From Botryllus schlosseri (Eukaryota), in assembly GCA_051294905.1 (NCBI GenBank), contig CM119374.1, positions 23,374,001-23,438,000 on the forward strand: 64,000 nucleotides of DNA. Direction: 5' to 3'. The notes below the pieces were generated by a model that did not search any database, was not told the origin of the DNA, and worked only from the letters and a program-made list of their open reading frames with translations. A program made the position numbers and the translations under genes. This document shows, piece after piece, positions 1-15,000 of this stretch. Every line of letters starts with the position of its first letter. Position 1 is the stretch's first letter.

Positions 1-3
1 CAG

Positions 4-3000
4 GTGGCGAGCTTACCATCAGTGGTACGGGATTGGGAACAGCTTCTGATGATAACTCGGTTTATGTCAATGGTGTAGCAGCCACAATCTCTGCGTGGAC
101 GGACACCTCGATAACAGTGACGGCGCCATCTTTGCCACCGAGCACGTATACCGTGGACGTATACGTACACCCTACCGGATATGCGGACATGAGGTATGGT
201 CCCGACTGTTTTTAATAATCGTGCACTGCCGATGGATATCATACTAGTTTAAGAAAATCAAGCAACACACTTAACCATAGCCAAGATATGGCGGAAAGAA
301 AATGGAAAATTGTACAAAAACTTGTCCTTCTGTATCATCATTGACACTGTCTGTTTGTATATTTTTTGTTTGGAAGAAAAATAAAGACTCTACATTCACA
401 GCGCCGGCGATTCCGTGGAATATATCTTCTCCGTGACGGGCGTCTCGGCCACCGCGTCATCGCTCATGGGCGGACGGGAATTGACCATCAGCGGCAGTGG
501 GTTTGATGGAGATGTCGAAGTGAGATAGATTGCTTGTCGTCAGGCTTGTAAGCCTGTGTGCCCTCATCAAATACGTTATGCGTTGCGCAGATTGTTAATA
601 CGTTATAGGATGTATTATAATGGGGAAGTACAACCGCAATCATTAAAAGCCACACAATGCGCACCTCTGATATACAATTACAGTAATTAATGGATTGGAG
701 AGAAATCACGGCAATATCATTTTAATCAAATTTGTGAAAGGTTCCTATGTTCTAATTGTGATTCCAACCTAATTCCTGGTTTTCCTGAATATGCTACAGG
801 AGAACTGTATAGTGCGAAACAAGCCAGGCTTGGTGTACATATATTTTCCATTCGCATGAAACTTGATGATTGTTGTGTTTCTTTCAAATGCGGAACGTAC
901 TTCAAATTTCTTTTTTTTTAAATTCGGAATTTGAATCAATTTCTAAGTCTTTGCAAAATTAGCAATTATTATTCCAATCTAATTTGGGAAAAAACTGTCT
1001 CTATAATACTAACTGGGAATGGCTGAAAATCCGACCCTTGTCGAACTCTCGATGTTAGTAGTAATGGATTTTATTTTGTGTGCATTGAATATGTAACGTG
1101 GAATAGCGAATGTAGACTTAATACAATTAGTACAGCGACAGACGTGTCAAATTGTGTAGGAAATATTCGTAGTCGGATATAAATCAAATTTTTCGTCATG
1201 ATTTTTCAGGTCTCCCTGGGCGATCTTCCTTGCTCGGAAGTTACGAAATCTGCAACGTCAATCACGTGCATGACTGGTTCCGCAAGCGCGACGCACCAAG
1301 TGCAGAACACCGGCACGGGAGGTATCTTTCGTACATGAATAGGATTTTAGAAACACAGAAATTCAATATGTATTCCACTCGAAGCTTTTCCACTGATTCT
1401 TATCAAAAGCAAACTTCAATAAATGCGGTTAACCAAATCTGAAATGTGAAAAGAATTCTATTGTTGTAACATAATAATTACAAGTGTCAAACTGCAGATA
1501 ACAATGCACAGTCATGGTAGCCTATAACAGATACAAATTCAACCATTAAAAAAATTAAAACATAAAATAGCCTAATAAGAATACATCACTTAAGGAAAGA
1601 TGCTCAGGGTATAGAGATGTTCCTTCTGGCGGCAGAGGATCAACTTTTGCAGCACATAATGGTAGATTTTAGGACCATTGAATAGAAAAGGGAGGGACCA
1701 CAAGCAATTATGGAAAACTAATTGGTACTATAATGTTTGGTGCACTCGGGGTGTTTCAATGACGGAATACTTATTTTCAGTCGACGGAGAGGGATACGCT
1801 TGGAGTACTACCGCACTTAATGTGAACACCGGGGATAAAGTGGTGTGGGCGTGGTCGCAGATCGCGGGCGTGTCAGGCGCCGCGTATCAAGTGTTTTCGA
1901 CTGCGTCCGCCACGGCCAGCGTCTACGACGGTAACGGATTCAACAGCGGCACTCCTACATCCGAAGGTAAACGCAGGCGAAATTTTTTCCAACTTTTTCA
2001 ACTTTACTACGACTTCGACTGGGGCAACAAAAAAAAGATACACGTTTGAACATCTCGAGTCATTATCACTGTTATTAGGTGCAGATCGGTAACGAAGTAG
2101 GCCATTTTTACCTCACTTCACACAGTTTTCACTCGTGTAGACATACCTACGCCTGGAATAGTTATATTTTTACTTGGAAATCTGATTTATTAGATATTTA
2201 CGGCGTTACTTATACTTCTACTTGAGTACTTATGATGACTCGGGTCATTTTATGTACTCGAGAATATATGACTCGAGTTGGGTCGCGTGAAAATCTTACC
2301 TCGAGTCACTTCACAAATCAAGTCATTTGTCATACTCAAGATAGTGCCTAGAGTCATTATAATTTATAACCCTGGTATCTGATTCGAATTCGCCATGACT
2401 CGATTTTGTCCTAATATTATCATGATAATTGATAGTTCAATAGCATTTAACATGCTACGATTTTGTCATAATTGATGGAATTTATGGCCAAAATAAAACA
2501 AAATTGAATTTTTGAATTCCCTATTTTGTGAATCTCACAGGAGCTTTCGAGTACCAGTTTAACCAAGCCGGCACTTATCACTACGGCGGGCTGGGCAACG
2601 CTGCGAGTAACATATTCATGCGCGGGGTCATCGTTGTCACCGACGCTGCAGACGCCTCGTTGCCCGTTGTTGTGTCGTCTAGTGGACATCAAGCTACAGT
2701 ACCGGTAGGTAACGCAGTTCTGAGTCACTCGTTTGCGCTTGCACAGGAGTCATTCATGTTGTATTTGTTGGCATGACTGCACAATTGGATGCTTGAATTT
2801 TTGAAATTCCATGTTCTGTGATGATTGCCCCTGAAGATGATCAGCTCTATAGCTTTACATAGTGGATGCATTTATGCATTATTGAAATGTATATGAAAGC
2901 TCTGTGCCCCCTAAAGTCTTTTCTACATATTCACATAACGAATACATTATTAGGATGTGTATTGAAATACTTCACCACAACAAAGTATTTTCACGGAGAT

Positions 3001-6000
3001 TTCCACATGTCTACAAAATGAATACATCATTAAAATGCATACTTAACATTTGTGCCCACTAAGTCTGCTCACGGATCTGTGCTACATATTTAAATGATGA
3101 ATGTATATTAAAATTTATGTTGTAGCTCTAAACAACCCCCAAGAAGTTTTTTCACGGTTCTGTTCTACAGGCTGGCGGTCTGACTGTGACTTACTCGCAA
3201 GATTCGACGCCTGTTATTACCAGTGTCAGCCCGTCTTCCGGCACCACGAACCAAGTCATCACGATTACTGGTCAGTTCGAGATCGATGATGCTCGATATT
3301 GTATCTAGTGTGTTTGTGTGTCTGCATATTTACCAACATTTTATTCTGCTATTTGCAATGTTTTGTTACCGGCGGACGACGGTGTTTTGAATATTATATC
3401 AGCACATTTTTCCAAGATTTTGCGCTATCATTGCAGCTATGTGCGAAATTTGTCACATGCATTATTTGAATGTTATATGTGCACTTTATCGCCAAGATTT
3501 ACCGCTGTCGTCGTGGCTATTTGCGATATTTTGTTGCAGGCGGTATTTCGAACACTATATCAACGCTTTTTCGCCATCATTTTGTGCTGTAATCGTTGGT
3601 GTTTGTGATATTTTAAATAATATATCTTGATTATATTTAGGAACTGGATTTTCCAACACTCTTGCCGAGAATCATGTCACAGTTGGAGACGCGGCTTGTG
3701 TTTTGGAAGCGGCTACCGAATCAGCGCTCGACTGTAAAGTTGACGGCAGTGCAGAATCTGTAGTCGGTACGTTGGTTCTTCTCAATATGCGATGTATCAA
3801 TATCTCAGCACAAACGTTACTGTGTATCTGTGTCTTGCATGGCATTTCTGAACAATATTTTAGATCCAGAACCAAAAAGTCTGAGTACTGCCAGCAAATT
3901 TTTGACCTAGTTATCGCGTCACGGCACCGTACACCGGGATAAAAACCGTACACCAAAATATGTATTAGTTTTGTATAAAAAACCTCCAAGAACGCAGTAT
4001 TTTATCCTCTTGATCTGATTGCATATTCAGCTAGCCCGAAATATCAGCCTTTTCAAAGAGGTAAAACGAAGGGCTTCTAATGCCCGTAAATATACTTTAT
4101 TTTAAATTTAATAGTTATTTAACTCTTCCAAGCCAAGTGGATTGGGTTAATTGGAGAACAGTCAAATTTTCTCTCATTAAATACTGAATTTATAAAGAAA
4201 TCGATTGTTATGTGCAGTTTTAAATTGGTTACTAATGCTTAAAAGCTAGAATAACCTAACTAAACAAATATGAAAAGCTTCTACCTACATGGCTTCCCTT
4301 ATTTGTTGTGGTTAACTCCATGCCCAATTGCCCATGCACAACTTTACTCGTAATAATTAGGTTATGCAAGTGATATAATCTATTTTCTCCAGGTACCTAT
4401 CTTGAGGTCAAAGTCCGCGTGGACGGAAAAGGCTACTCGATGAGTCAGATCAGAAGTAACGACCAGCGTTACCACGCTGTCCTGCCCCACATTTCGGCAA
4501 TTTCACCCAGCGTTGGGTCGCTGATCGGCGGAACAAGCATCACGATCGCTGTAAATTTGGAAAAATACTTATTTGTGACTTTGTGTCAAAATAGAACCTG
4601 AGAGATATCTTTATTGAAATATTGGATATCGGCCTTTCCAATGACATCAAGTAAAATTCTATTCTAATCAAGTAGAGGTAGTTTTGTATTATGCACACTT
4701 GAGTAATTAGTGCAAGTACGCAAAAACTAGTTGAGTAATTTGAGAAAATAAAATTACTTCTGTACCGACCACATCTGCTTCCGTAAAGCTTGGAACATCA
4801 ATTTGAGTATCAATTGCTGTGATTCAAATCAATTTTTTTTGCTTATCGATGTTGGGTAACCCTGTTACTAAATATTATTTTATCAACTAGAATTTACATT
4901 TTGATGCTTCCCAACGTGGGATTAGCTTATCGGAACCATCTGAGTTCACTTGGAGGTGAAATTACTGTGTTTTTTAAACTACTATATCGGACTGGAATTA
5001 CTAATTTCTTACTGGGCTGAAGTTTGAATGGAAATATATCAAGTTTATAGAGATACACTCCTCAAGTTACTGCCAATAATTAGGAGTTCTGGTTGGAAAA
5101 TGTTCCATTTTTATATTGGGATGTCATATTAACGATATTAGTTTGGAAATACGATATCAGCTGGCATCTTGTCCAAAACATCTGTTTTGTGCAGGGCGGC
5201 GGTTTCACCAACGTGGCGTCTGTCAAAATCGGCGGGGTGGACTGTTCCGTGACTTCCTCCGATTATGGATCGGTTGCCTGCGTCACTGGGGCTTTGCTGG
5301 CTGGAAGCTACGACGTCGACGTCGCTATGAACAATAACGGGTGAGTTTTGATGTTGGATACCTATTTTCAGTATTTAATTTCCGTTGAACTAATCACAAT
5401 TCTTATTTTTAGAGTTAACTTGGACGCTGTTTGTATAGCTGCGTCTTGCGAATTTGAATACGCGACTTCGGCCACGATTACATTGCAGTCAATTACCCCT
5501 GATGCCGTTAGCGGCCAAACGGAGTTCACTATCGCGTGGAACGGTGCGTATCACATCCAGGGGTAGTCGAAGTTGTCATTAGTGGTCATTGCCGGCACTC
5601 GAGTAGAAGTAATGCTGGAAATTTCTGCTCGATTACAGATTGAAGTCGCTGTATTCGGAACCACCCATCACTACTTCAACTAGTAGAAAACTAATTAAAA
5701 CGAGAAAAGTTCAATTTTGGAACATTTAATCTGTTGACACTGAGGGTGGTGTTGTTTTACTCATCAAAATGATGCGAAAATAGCTAAAGGAAATATGTCG
5801 TTCACGCCAAGGTGGTTTAGATACCACGTTCAACGGAAGATGTTAAGTTGGGAGATTTATGTCAAAATTGGGCCTAGTGCATTCTATTTCTTTAAGACAG
5901 AAATAGATCATGTCTAACAATGTTTTATACATAAGAATAGGACATGATCTAATTCTGTCCTTAAGAAATAGAATACACCAGGCCCGGTTTTTACGTAAAT

Positions 6001-9000
6001 CTCCTGACTGGACATCTTCCGTTGAACGCGGTATCTAAACCACCTTGGCGTGTACGACATATTTCCTTCATAACATCGGCTGACAACTATTTAAAGTTTA
6101 ATCTCTGCGTGACCGCTGGAGCGTGAAGTTTTTGTGGAAATTTCAATAACTTGCAGCTCCATTTCGGTGGCGTTCTGGAGAAAATGGCGGCGGCCAAAAT
6201 TTTTTTTTCGTTTTGCCCTTCAATTTGAGGCCACATCATTTTTAGAGTGCAGTGCCCCTTTAAATCAGAATGGACAGTCCCTTTTATTGGTGCTAGAGAA
6301 ATGCTGAAACTGAAGTATTCGAAATCTGCTCAGCACAGTGAATAAACCATGCGTATTACAGGATTAGCATCAGATACGGTCGAGGTCAAGCTTGGAACAG
6401 TGGTTTGCACCAGCACCGAAGTTACGGACGCGCACGTAAAGTGTTCGGTGGACGGGATGCCGGCCGGAACATACGATGTAACAATGAATATCGATGGAAA
6501 AGGTGAATTCCTGCGTTTTCAGGGCGTCCAGTAAATGCTTAAAAACGTTGTGTTTGCGCAGGATATGCCGACAGCTCTCTGACCGTTAGAAGCGCGGCTG
6601 TGCTAGACTCGGTGAGTCCGAGTGCGGGGAGCGTTAATGGCTTCACTACCGTCACGATTAACGGTAAGTATCTCAGCTCTGGTTTATCAACATTCAAGAT
6701 ATTCATGGTCGTTTTCCTCCAGGCTGTTAACATTTTGCTTATACATGTTCAACTCTTGCCAGGCAGACAAATGATGTGGTTTTATTCGTTCAGAGCAAAT
6801 TTGCACTAATGCTTGAAATCAGGCGATCGCAGCGATATGACCGCGTGTCAGAGACGCTATCATCAAGTCAGATGTAGTTGTAAGGGAGTTTACAGTGCAT
6901 AAATACAGTGCAACTGTGTATCAAGAGAGATAGTCCCTTCACAAGCCAAAAATTGTGTGCAGATTGGCAGCAGTGGGTGTTAATAATCTTTCAATATAAA
7001 TAGACGCACCAAGCAAACCCACGGCGCAACAGTAACAAAATAGGATATAGGTAAATATCAGATGTGATACTAGATTGAACCCACAATATCAAATCATGAC
7101 AGGCTATGACAGTTCAATAGAGGTAGTCCTTTTTAAGAGAGCTACTTTAAGTCCCTAAATAGTCATGTTACTATTGTTACCGCAGGTAAAGTGGTATATT
7201 TGTATAGAAGTCGTAATTGTGTTTTTTGTGTGCTTAAGGCAATGGTTTCGATCCGGACACTGCTGCTGTCACTCTTGGTGCGCTGACATGCGAAGTACAA
7301 TCTGCCACCACCAACACTATCGTGTGTGTGACCAGTCCGTCTTCCCAAGCCGAAACCGTGAATGTGAGCGTTGCGTCTTTCGGCGCGTCGGAGCTGTTGC
7401 AGTTCGCGTACGAGACTGGAATCACGCCTGAAGTTACCGCCATTAGCCCGTCGGAAGGTAAGTTGTATTTGCCATAGTAGTCGTTTGAAAAGTTGTGCAT
7501 ACTCGGCTACAGAGATGGTCATTACCAAAGTACTGCTTGTTCAGAAGGCTCAAATAGTCTTTGCCTACTTGGCGCTAATTGCTCACTGGATAGATGTTTT
7601 CTAGTATGGCTTTCACTGTAACTGTGAAGCTAAACTACGAGACTACTTGCTTTTTTACACTCACATTAGAAAGTAATAATGGGATTGATTTGCATCACTC
7701 TTATAGAATAAGTAGCCCCCTATGTCATCGTAACACAACGGAGATGCCTTTTAGCCAAACAATGACATAACGATTGTTGCGAATACGCTACAACTGGCAA
7801 TGACTTTTTTTCAGGGTTGTAACCAAGTCACAAGGCCAGCTCCGAGTCACAAGTCAATCTCACTGTTATAGCTTTGACTCGCGTCAAGTCGAGTATTTTT
7901 CAATTGACCGCCGAGTCAAGTCCGAGTCCAAGTTAGTGAGCAGATGGTCGAGTCCGAGTCCAAGTCATTGCGTTGGCTGCTCAGTTTCCAGTTAGAGTCT
8001 TGTTAAACCCGCTTTTTATTACTCTGTTTGGTGATGTCCAATGGTTCGCATTTTCAATATATTAAATTCCCACACTTTCGACAGTTTCTGGTCACATTTT
8101 CAAGTACCAGTACCGGTAGACGAAATGCATGGTTACTTTGCTGATCTTCGAAATTACAATGAAATTTCGGTCTTGGCCGTCTGAGTCTCGAGTCACATGA
8201 CTTGGTCCGAGTCCAAGTCGAGTTATTACGCAGATTGACTCGAGTCGAGTCATTTCCGTATTTTTGAGAAAACGACTCGTGTCAATCTTTGAAAATCACG
8301 ACTCGAGTCAGACTCAAGTCGAGTCATGACTCGAGTCAGTACAACTGTTTCTTTTTTGAGTCATTTGTGGGGGACTGAAAATGGACTAATTTCACCTTCA
8401 GGCTCACCGGGTGATACCATCACTCTCACTGTCACCGTTGGTGCGCATACCCAAGAACCGACCATCGAATTTGGGGGTGTAGCTTGCGTCGGCGCTCAGT
8501 CGAGCGGAAACACAGTGGATTGCACTCTGGGCAGCAGATACGGCGGCGACGCCGAGATTTCTGTGGTTTATACGGAATTGGGAAAAGCGAACGTGGCCGC
8601 CGGCGTGACGTTTGGTTACAGGTTTGACGTGACGCAAAGCAGCCCGGCTTCAGGTGATGATTGCCATACGTTGTGGTTGTTTGAGATTTTGCCCAGTTAT
8701 TCCTGCATTTGAGTACCTCGCGTTGAGACTCGATTAGTTGGAAAATAATTTCAAATCGCCCTGAAAGAGTGCCGACTAAAATTTGTCAAAGAGTGGATCT
8801 CATATTTCCCGACGATATAAGGTTTGAAACCACGTCTATATCCAGAGTAAATTTGGTGTTTTACCTGAATCTAAATTCGAATATTGTGGAAATTTGCATG
8901 AAAAGGTAATCGGAAATTATGTGTTCGAATCCAGCTTCGAGATATACGTATATCCGAATTTGGTCGAAATCAGAAATCAGTTTTTCCCTGATATCTCTGG

Positions 9001-12000
9001 TAAATCGAAAGTATAAATGCTTGGACAATAGTTTTACGGATGTTCGATGCCGAGATTTGCATATCACTAGCACGTTTATATGGACCCGTATAATGTCGTA
9101 ATGTTCTTACCGCTCGATAAATAAAGTAGCTATATCATTCCTTCAAACGATAACGCGAGTTACATATTTTGTGCTCGATATCGTTTGTGGTGTTTTCCCT
9201 GCACTGCTGTGTCGAAAAAGGGTTTCTTTCGACACAGGAAGTCTCGGCGGCTACCAAGAAGTGACGATTACGGGATTCGGCTTCACGGAATCGACGACTG
9301 TAACTGTTTGCGATGTGAACGCGCCTACCGTCAACTACCAATCGAGCTCGTCTATCACCATTCTCACCCCACCCAACGCCGCAGGTGAATATTGTTAGAT
9401 TACTTAACCCTTACGAGGTGGGCGTATCATATTTCATATGGCATGTCTCCGACACCGATTTCTCCATGTTGACACGCCCTAGACATCGGGTTATACGTTT
9501 TTTGAAAAGCTGAGACTTTTCCGATGTATTTGGTACCTTACTCAAAAATTTTGGTTTGTAAAAATAAAAAAAAATTAAAAATTAAATAAAATATGGTTAT
9601 CACCTAAAACTTCCGGGTATTTTCCGAGTGGGAAATATTGTCGGAAAATCTGCCAGAACATCAGAAGTCAACATGTACGGTTTTCTGTGTAAATTTTCAC
9701 CGTTTCAAACATCAAAACGTTTTCTGGAAAGTTTTCTGAGGGGGATTTGTAAATTTTGGTCACACTTCAGTGATTTTCAAGATCTAGGTCAAGTTCAAGT
9801 GCAAATGCAGTCGGCATATGAGTCATACTATGCCTGCAAATGGTTGGATATGACAAAAGAAAGCATATCGCGTTGTTTTATGCCATAAACCGGACTGTAG
9901 GGGCCGATTGAGTCTTGATCATTAACTTGACCTTGATGACCACTCACTGACCACGCCCATTTGTAAATTTTATATGTATTTTCCATTTTTCGATATCTGA
10001 CGAACCGCGCGGTTTACAACCATGGTTGACGGCTTGTTTGAAACCAGGCAACAGTGGCTACGCACTGAAGCATCACATTCCTCTCTCTGACGCCATCCTG
10101 AGGGTCAGCCTTGAAAATTGAGAGAGAGAGAGATTTTTGGGGGGGAAAAGCTTGTTTATTTAAACTTATTACAAAACCTCAGACATGTCATGGGGTGTCG
10201 ATCAAGGGTGGAATCGGTAGAGGGCTATACTCCGCCCACTTGTAAACCGGAACGGCCCAGATTCAAGACCTGGTGGGGTCACGGTGAGAATTTGAAAATT
10301 GAAGGTCAATTCTGCAAAATATGGCCCCACCTCGTAAGGGTTAAACTAGAATTATGCAATTCTGAACCAGGATTCGACTTGTGTTTACTTGTTATTTTGG
10401 ATCATAATTGTCCCGGTTGAATATTCGTATTTTTGTAGGCGCGTGCCGAGTGTCTGTGTCCAACGCCGGACAATCGGTGGACTCCCCCGATACTTTTACG
10501 TACGACGCAAGTTTGACTCCTGAAGTGACAAGCGTCAGTCCTACCACGGGCGGCACTGGGGGCGGCACGGTTTTGACCATCACAGGAACCCAACTCTCGT
10601 AAGGCTATAGTGTAGGCTAGTGGATGGATGCTCTGCATAAATATTTGTAATGATTTACTCTATAATTACTGCCTGACTCATGGACGGTGGGTATGATCGC
10701 AACCTATATGACATCAAAGTTGAGAAACAGATGTCTAGTGAACCATTGTCATTTCTATCTAGCAGCTCCTCTTATTGTTATTCTGGAATAACGGTTATGC
10801 ATATTGCATATCACAGACGAAAATGGATTTTTGCAATCAAATTTTATCCAAAACCCCAACAAAACATCTGCATACATGAAAATGTTTGTATTAGCAGCCT
10901 ATTGGCAATTAGGCATATAAATTGAGTTTGCACAGTAGAATAGTTATATCAGACGGCCGTTCTGATTATGCGAGTTATGAGATTTTAGCGGTTATCAAGC
11001 GAAACTGTCTCGTGATTTCTCTAATTTAAAAATATACAAATTAGGTTATCAACCATTTTGCAAATTTGCCGCGGACCCCCGTTCGAGAACCACCGCTTTA
11101 GGCTCTGGATTTTCTGAATTGTAAAGTAGTCCTGTGATGAGTTTCCGTCAATTTTATGAGCGAAATTGTCACGAGTGCCGCGTGAAGTAGACTCTTTCCA
11201 CTTTAAAGTAGTTCGGAATACTTATACTTGCAGTTGAGTAGAGATTCATGTCTTAAAACTACTTCGGTGTCAATATATACTGCCTTTTGGTCTCAGGTTG
11301 GTTGACCAAGTGACCATCGCCGGAAGTGAATGTGTTACATCATCGGTTACTGATACTGAAATTATATGCACTACTAGCAGCCATTCTGGATCTATCAACG
11401 CTCAGGTGGGTTTCCAATAGAATATATTAGTAGTGATATGATTAACCCGTGTAATTTTTAGGTCACGTGCACTACCGCTTCTGGTGGAATTGCCGCTGGT
11501 AACGCTGAGTTTTATTACGTGGATCGTTGGTCGTCGCTGTTTACATGGGGTGGCGAATCTTTGCCGCAAGACGGTGAATTCATCATTATACAGGAGGTGG
11601 GTGTCACGCGTGAATGTTGTCAAGGTGGAAGCAGTTGTAGACGCCAAAGTTGAGTTTCGTGCAGAGTCTTATAATAACGCGTCCAATTTGTGACGTTATT
11701 GTGACTCAAAGAATGAATTAGTTCTAGGTAATATTCGAAGACATTCTTGAAGACGTATAACTTCACTATACAATTGAATAACGTGTTCCTGTTCATATTG
11801 ACACTCGTCGGGGGTAAATGTCAGAAACTAGTAAAGATTTCAAAGATGTTTGCATATCAAAAGTCACATCACCGAATATGACGTCATTGACATGAAAAAC
11901 AGATGGCTTCGGCTTTTGAAATCTCTACTAGTTGCTGACGGTTAACCCGACGAATGTCGTCCGAAAATATTCATTTTTATTTTGATATTATTATATAATT

Positions 12001-15000
12001 CAATTCTTGGGAATACGCGATAGTTTGAAATTTGATAATCATACTCTCCTCATCGGTTTTGCACTTGGGATTTCGAATGTTTACCTTTGATAAATAGATA
12101 AATTGGAAATATCTGTCTCTGAGTATCTGGTGTTGGTTCACTATGATGCGTAATAAAATGCTCTGCTTTGCTGCTTTCTGTTGTAAGAGTAGTTAAATGA
12201 TATCTCAATTTTATTGTCACAACAACCTGGGAGACGTATGTATCAAGGCTGGCAAGGGTTGTTATGAAATAGCGTCGTTAGCCCTGTCTAATAAGCAAAC
12301 CATATCGTGCATCGACTAATCAAAAAATCTGTCGATCCCGCCTCAAAAGTTTAAAATCGTTCATGTCGACCGTTGGACTAACAGCCTTGTCTCAAATTTA
12401 GGGCCAGACCATTCTGCTCGATACGGAAACCAACGTCTTGAAGATGCTCCTGATCCAAGGCGGACAAGTTATATTTGAAAACAGCGGCTCGGTTCATTTG
12501 CAGGCCGAAAACATCCTGATTACGAGCGGCGGTTTGTTGCAGGTAAGACTGCGGTCAGTACCCAGCTATGTCTTTATGTTGTGAATTATATTACTTTGAT
12601 ATAGATCGGTACAGAAGAAGAGGAATACACGGCCGAAGCCATGATCACAATGTGGGGTAACCTGAGATCCACGGAATTGCCGATATACGGCGCCAAGACT
12701 CTGGGAGTGCGGGACGGCCGCTTGGAAATGCACGGGCGGCACATCCAGGACACGTGGGCACTCTTGGACTCCACGGCCGCGGCTGGATCCAACCAGGTTA
12801 CTTCCATATTTTTAATACTCATTCCTGGTTCAGAAATTCAAAATATCTTTATGACAAGTACCTTGCATCCTTTTTCTTGTGGCTGTAAATTACTTATGTA
12901 GAGCTGTTTTACTGTTATCATGTCGTGATAGGCAGTACTTGAATACTTGACTGGACGCTAAGCTTAATATTCGATTAGGAAATCGACTTATCCAGGATCT
13001 TCATTTTATCTAGTCCTAGAAATAACACTGCATTCTTCACTAACATTCTTCCCTAGCATGCGCGAAAACTCTTCTTTGTTGTAAAAAACAACGTGAGGTC
13101 AGCTGGTTGAAAGTGCCAAGATATTGACGGCTATCGAATACGTTTAGATCACTCTGAGTATGCCAGTGTCGTGGTCTGCCGGCAACAAAATTGTGATCGC
13201 GTCTACCGGACATCGCCACAGTCAGATTGAGAATGAAGAGAGAACAATAGACACTATTACCGTAACGGGTAAGCCTGACAATGCCTGATAATGCAGTTTT
13301 GCATGTCTATAGTCTTCTATTTCGTTACTGTATTTGTTGGCCAAGATGGAAGTTCGATTAACTGACTTCAACATTGTATTGATTGTGTGGCTAATATTAT
13401 GATGTTTTTGGAACGAAAAACGATGGTGATGGCTCCTACGACGCTACGAGTTTCCTTATTCCTGGCAGTGTAGATAGCTGTTCTGTCTTTATACATCTAA
13501 AAATTGGTTGGCGTTTACAGGCGCTGGGAAAACCGTTATTACTTTGACGGAAGCGTTGGAATACGAGCATCTCGGCGTCACTGAAACGTACACAGACTCG
13601 AGCGGAAACAGTCATTCCTTCGACTATCGCGGTATGATGATGCATAATTCAATATTGGAGTTATATAGAAGCAAGGGCTAGATATTTCTGCAACCGTAGA
13701 GATTTTTTCGTACTTGCAAGACCCATATCGACGTGTAGCATAATACTTAATCGGAATGATGTACATTGAAGCAGTTTTGTGTGCGATTTACTATGCATAA
13801 TGCATAATATGTACCGGGTTTCATCAATCAAATGATACCTTGTTAGAATAACACTTCGAAAAATGCGATTTTAATCGATTGAGTGATAGTAACACTGTTA
13901 TTTTAAGCGACACACTGAAGTTTTCTGTATGCACCAGCTGAGCCTAACCTAGGGGTTTTCAACCGGTATTTCACAGCGCTATTTGGTAAATTGTGGATGT
14001 AATGGAAGTCTCGTTATATTTGTCATGTTCTTCCCACAAAACATATATTCATATTGTCGAATTCTACGTTTGCCTGCATAAAACTTTTTATCCGACTCTG
14101 ATAATGAAACGTAGTGACAAGTATGGTGTCACAATGTATAAGTAGTCTGAGAGGTGAGCCACAGAGCATGTTCTAATCGGAAAATGAGCCACGACCATAA
14201 AAAATAGATCAAAACCTCTGGCCGAACCTAATCTAACCGCTCAATTAGTGCAGCTGAGTAAAACTACCACATTTGTTACTCCAATAAGTTGACATTCAGT
14301 TTACTGCCTACGTACAAGGACATACACCTTCTTCTTTAAAAAATTCAAGCATTTTAGTGTTTGATTTGAATCTAATCGCTCTCACTGACGTCATCTACGA
14401 TATAAAGAGGCAGTGAATATTAACGCATTGATGCACTCTTAAGGTGAGGTCGGCCTGCTGAGTCGTAACATCATTTTCCGGGGTAGCGAGGAAATAACTT
14501 GGTCGGAAACCGTCGAAAGATGCCCGGAGGGATTCGACACTGGGATGTTTGTGACCCAGACATGTTTCCAAGTAAGTTTTTATTTCCGTTGGTCATTGTA
14601 ATCGACTTTTTTATACTGCCGAATGTTGGAGGACGAAAAAATCGTGAAATGGTTTGTAGGGCCGATTTGGGGAGGAAGCTGGCTCGGACGAATTCGGGGC
14701 GTCTATCATGATCCATTCAAGAGCCCCGAACACCGACCCCAACAACGCCGTGGCGCAAGCCCGCATAGAATACGTCGAATTGAACTACGTCGGACAAGCG
14801 TTCAGACTTGGAAGGTAACGCGTTCGATCGATATGTGTGCTGGGCCTTGTCTTTGAATTTACGATCACTTTTAGATATCCGATACATTGGCATCTGATGG
14901 GTGATATGACAGGGAATTACGTGCGCGGCTGCGCCATACACAGGACCTTCAACCGGGCTGTCACTATTCACAGTGAGATGACGGTTTAGGATTGTGTGAT

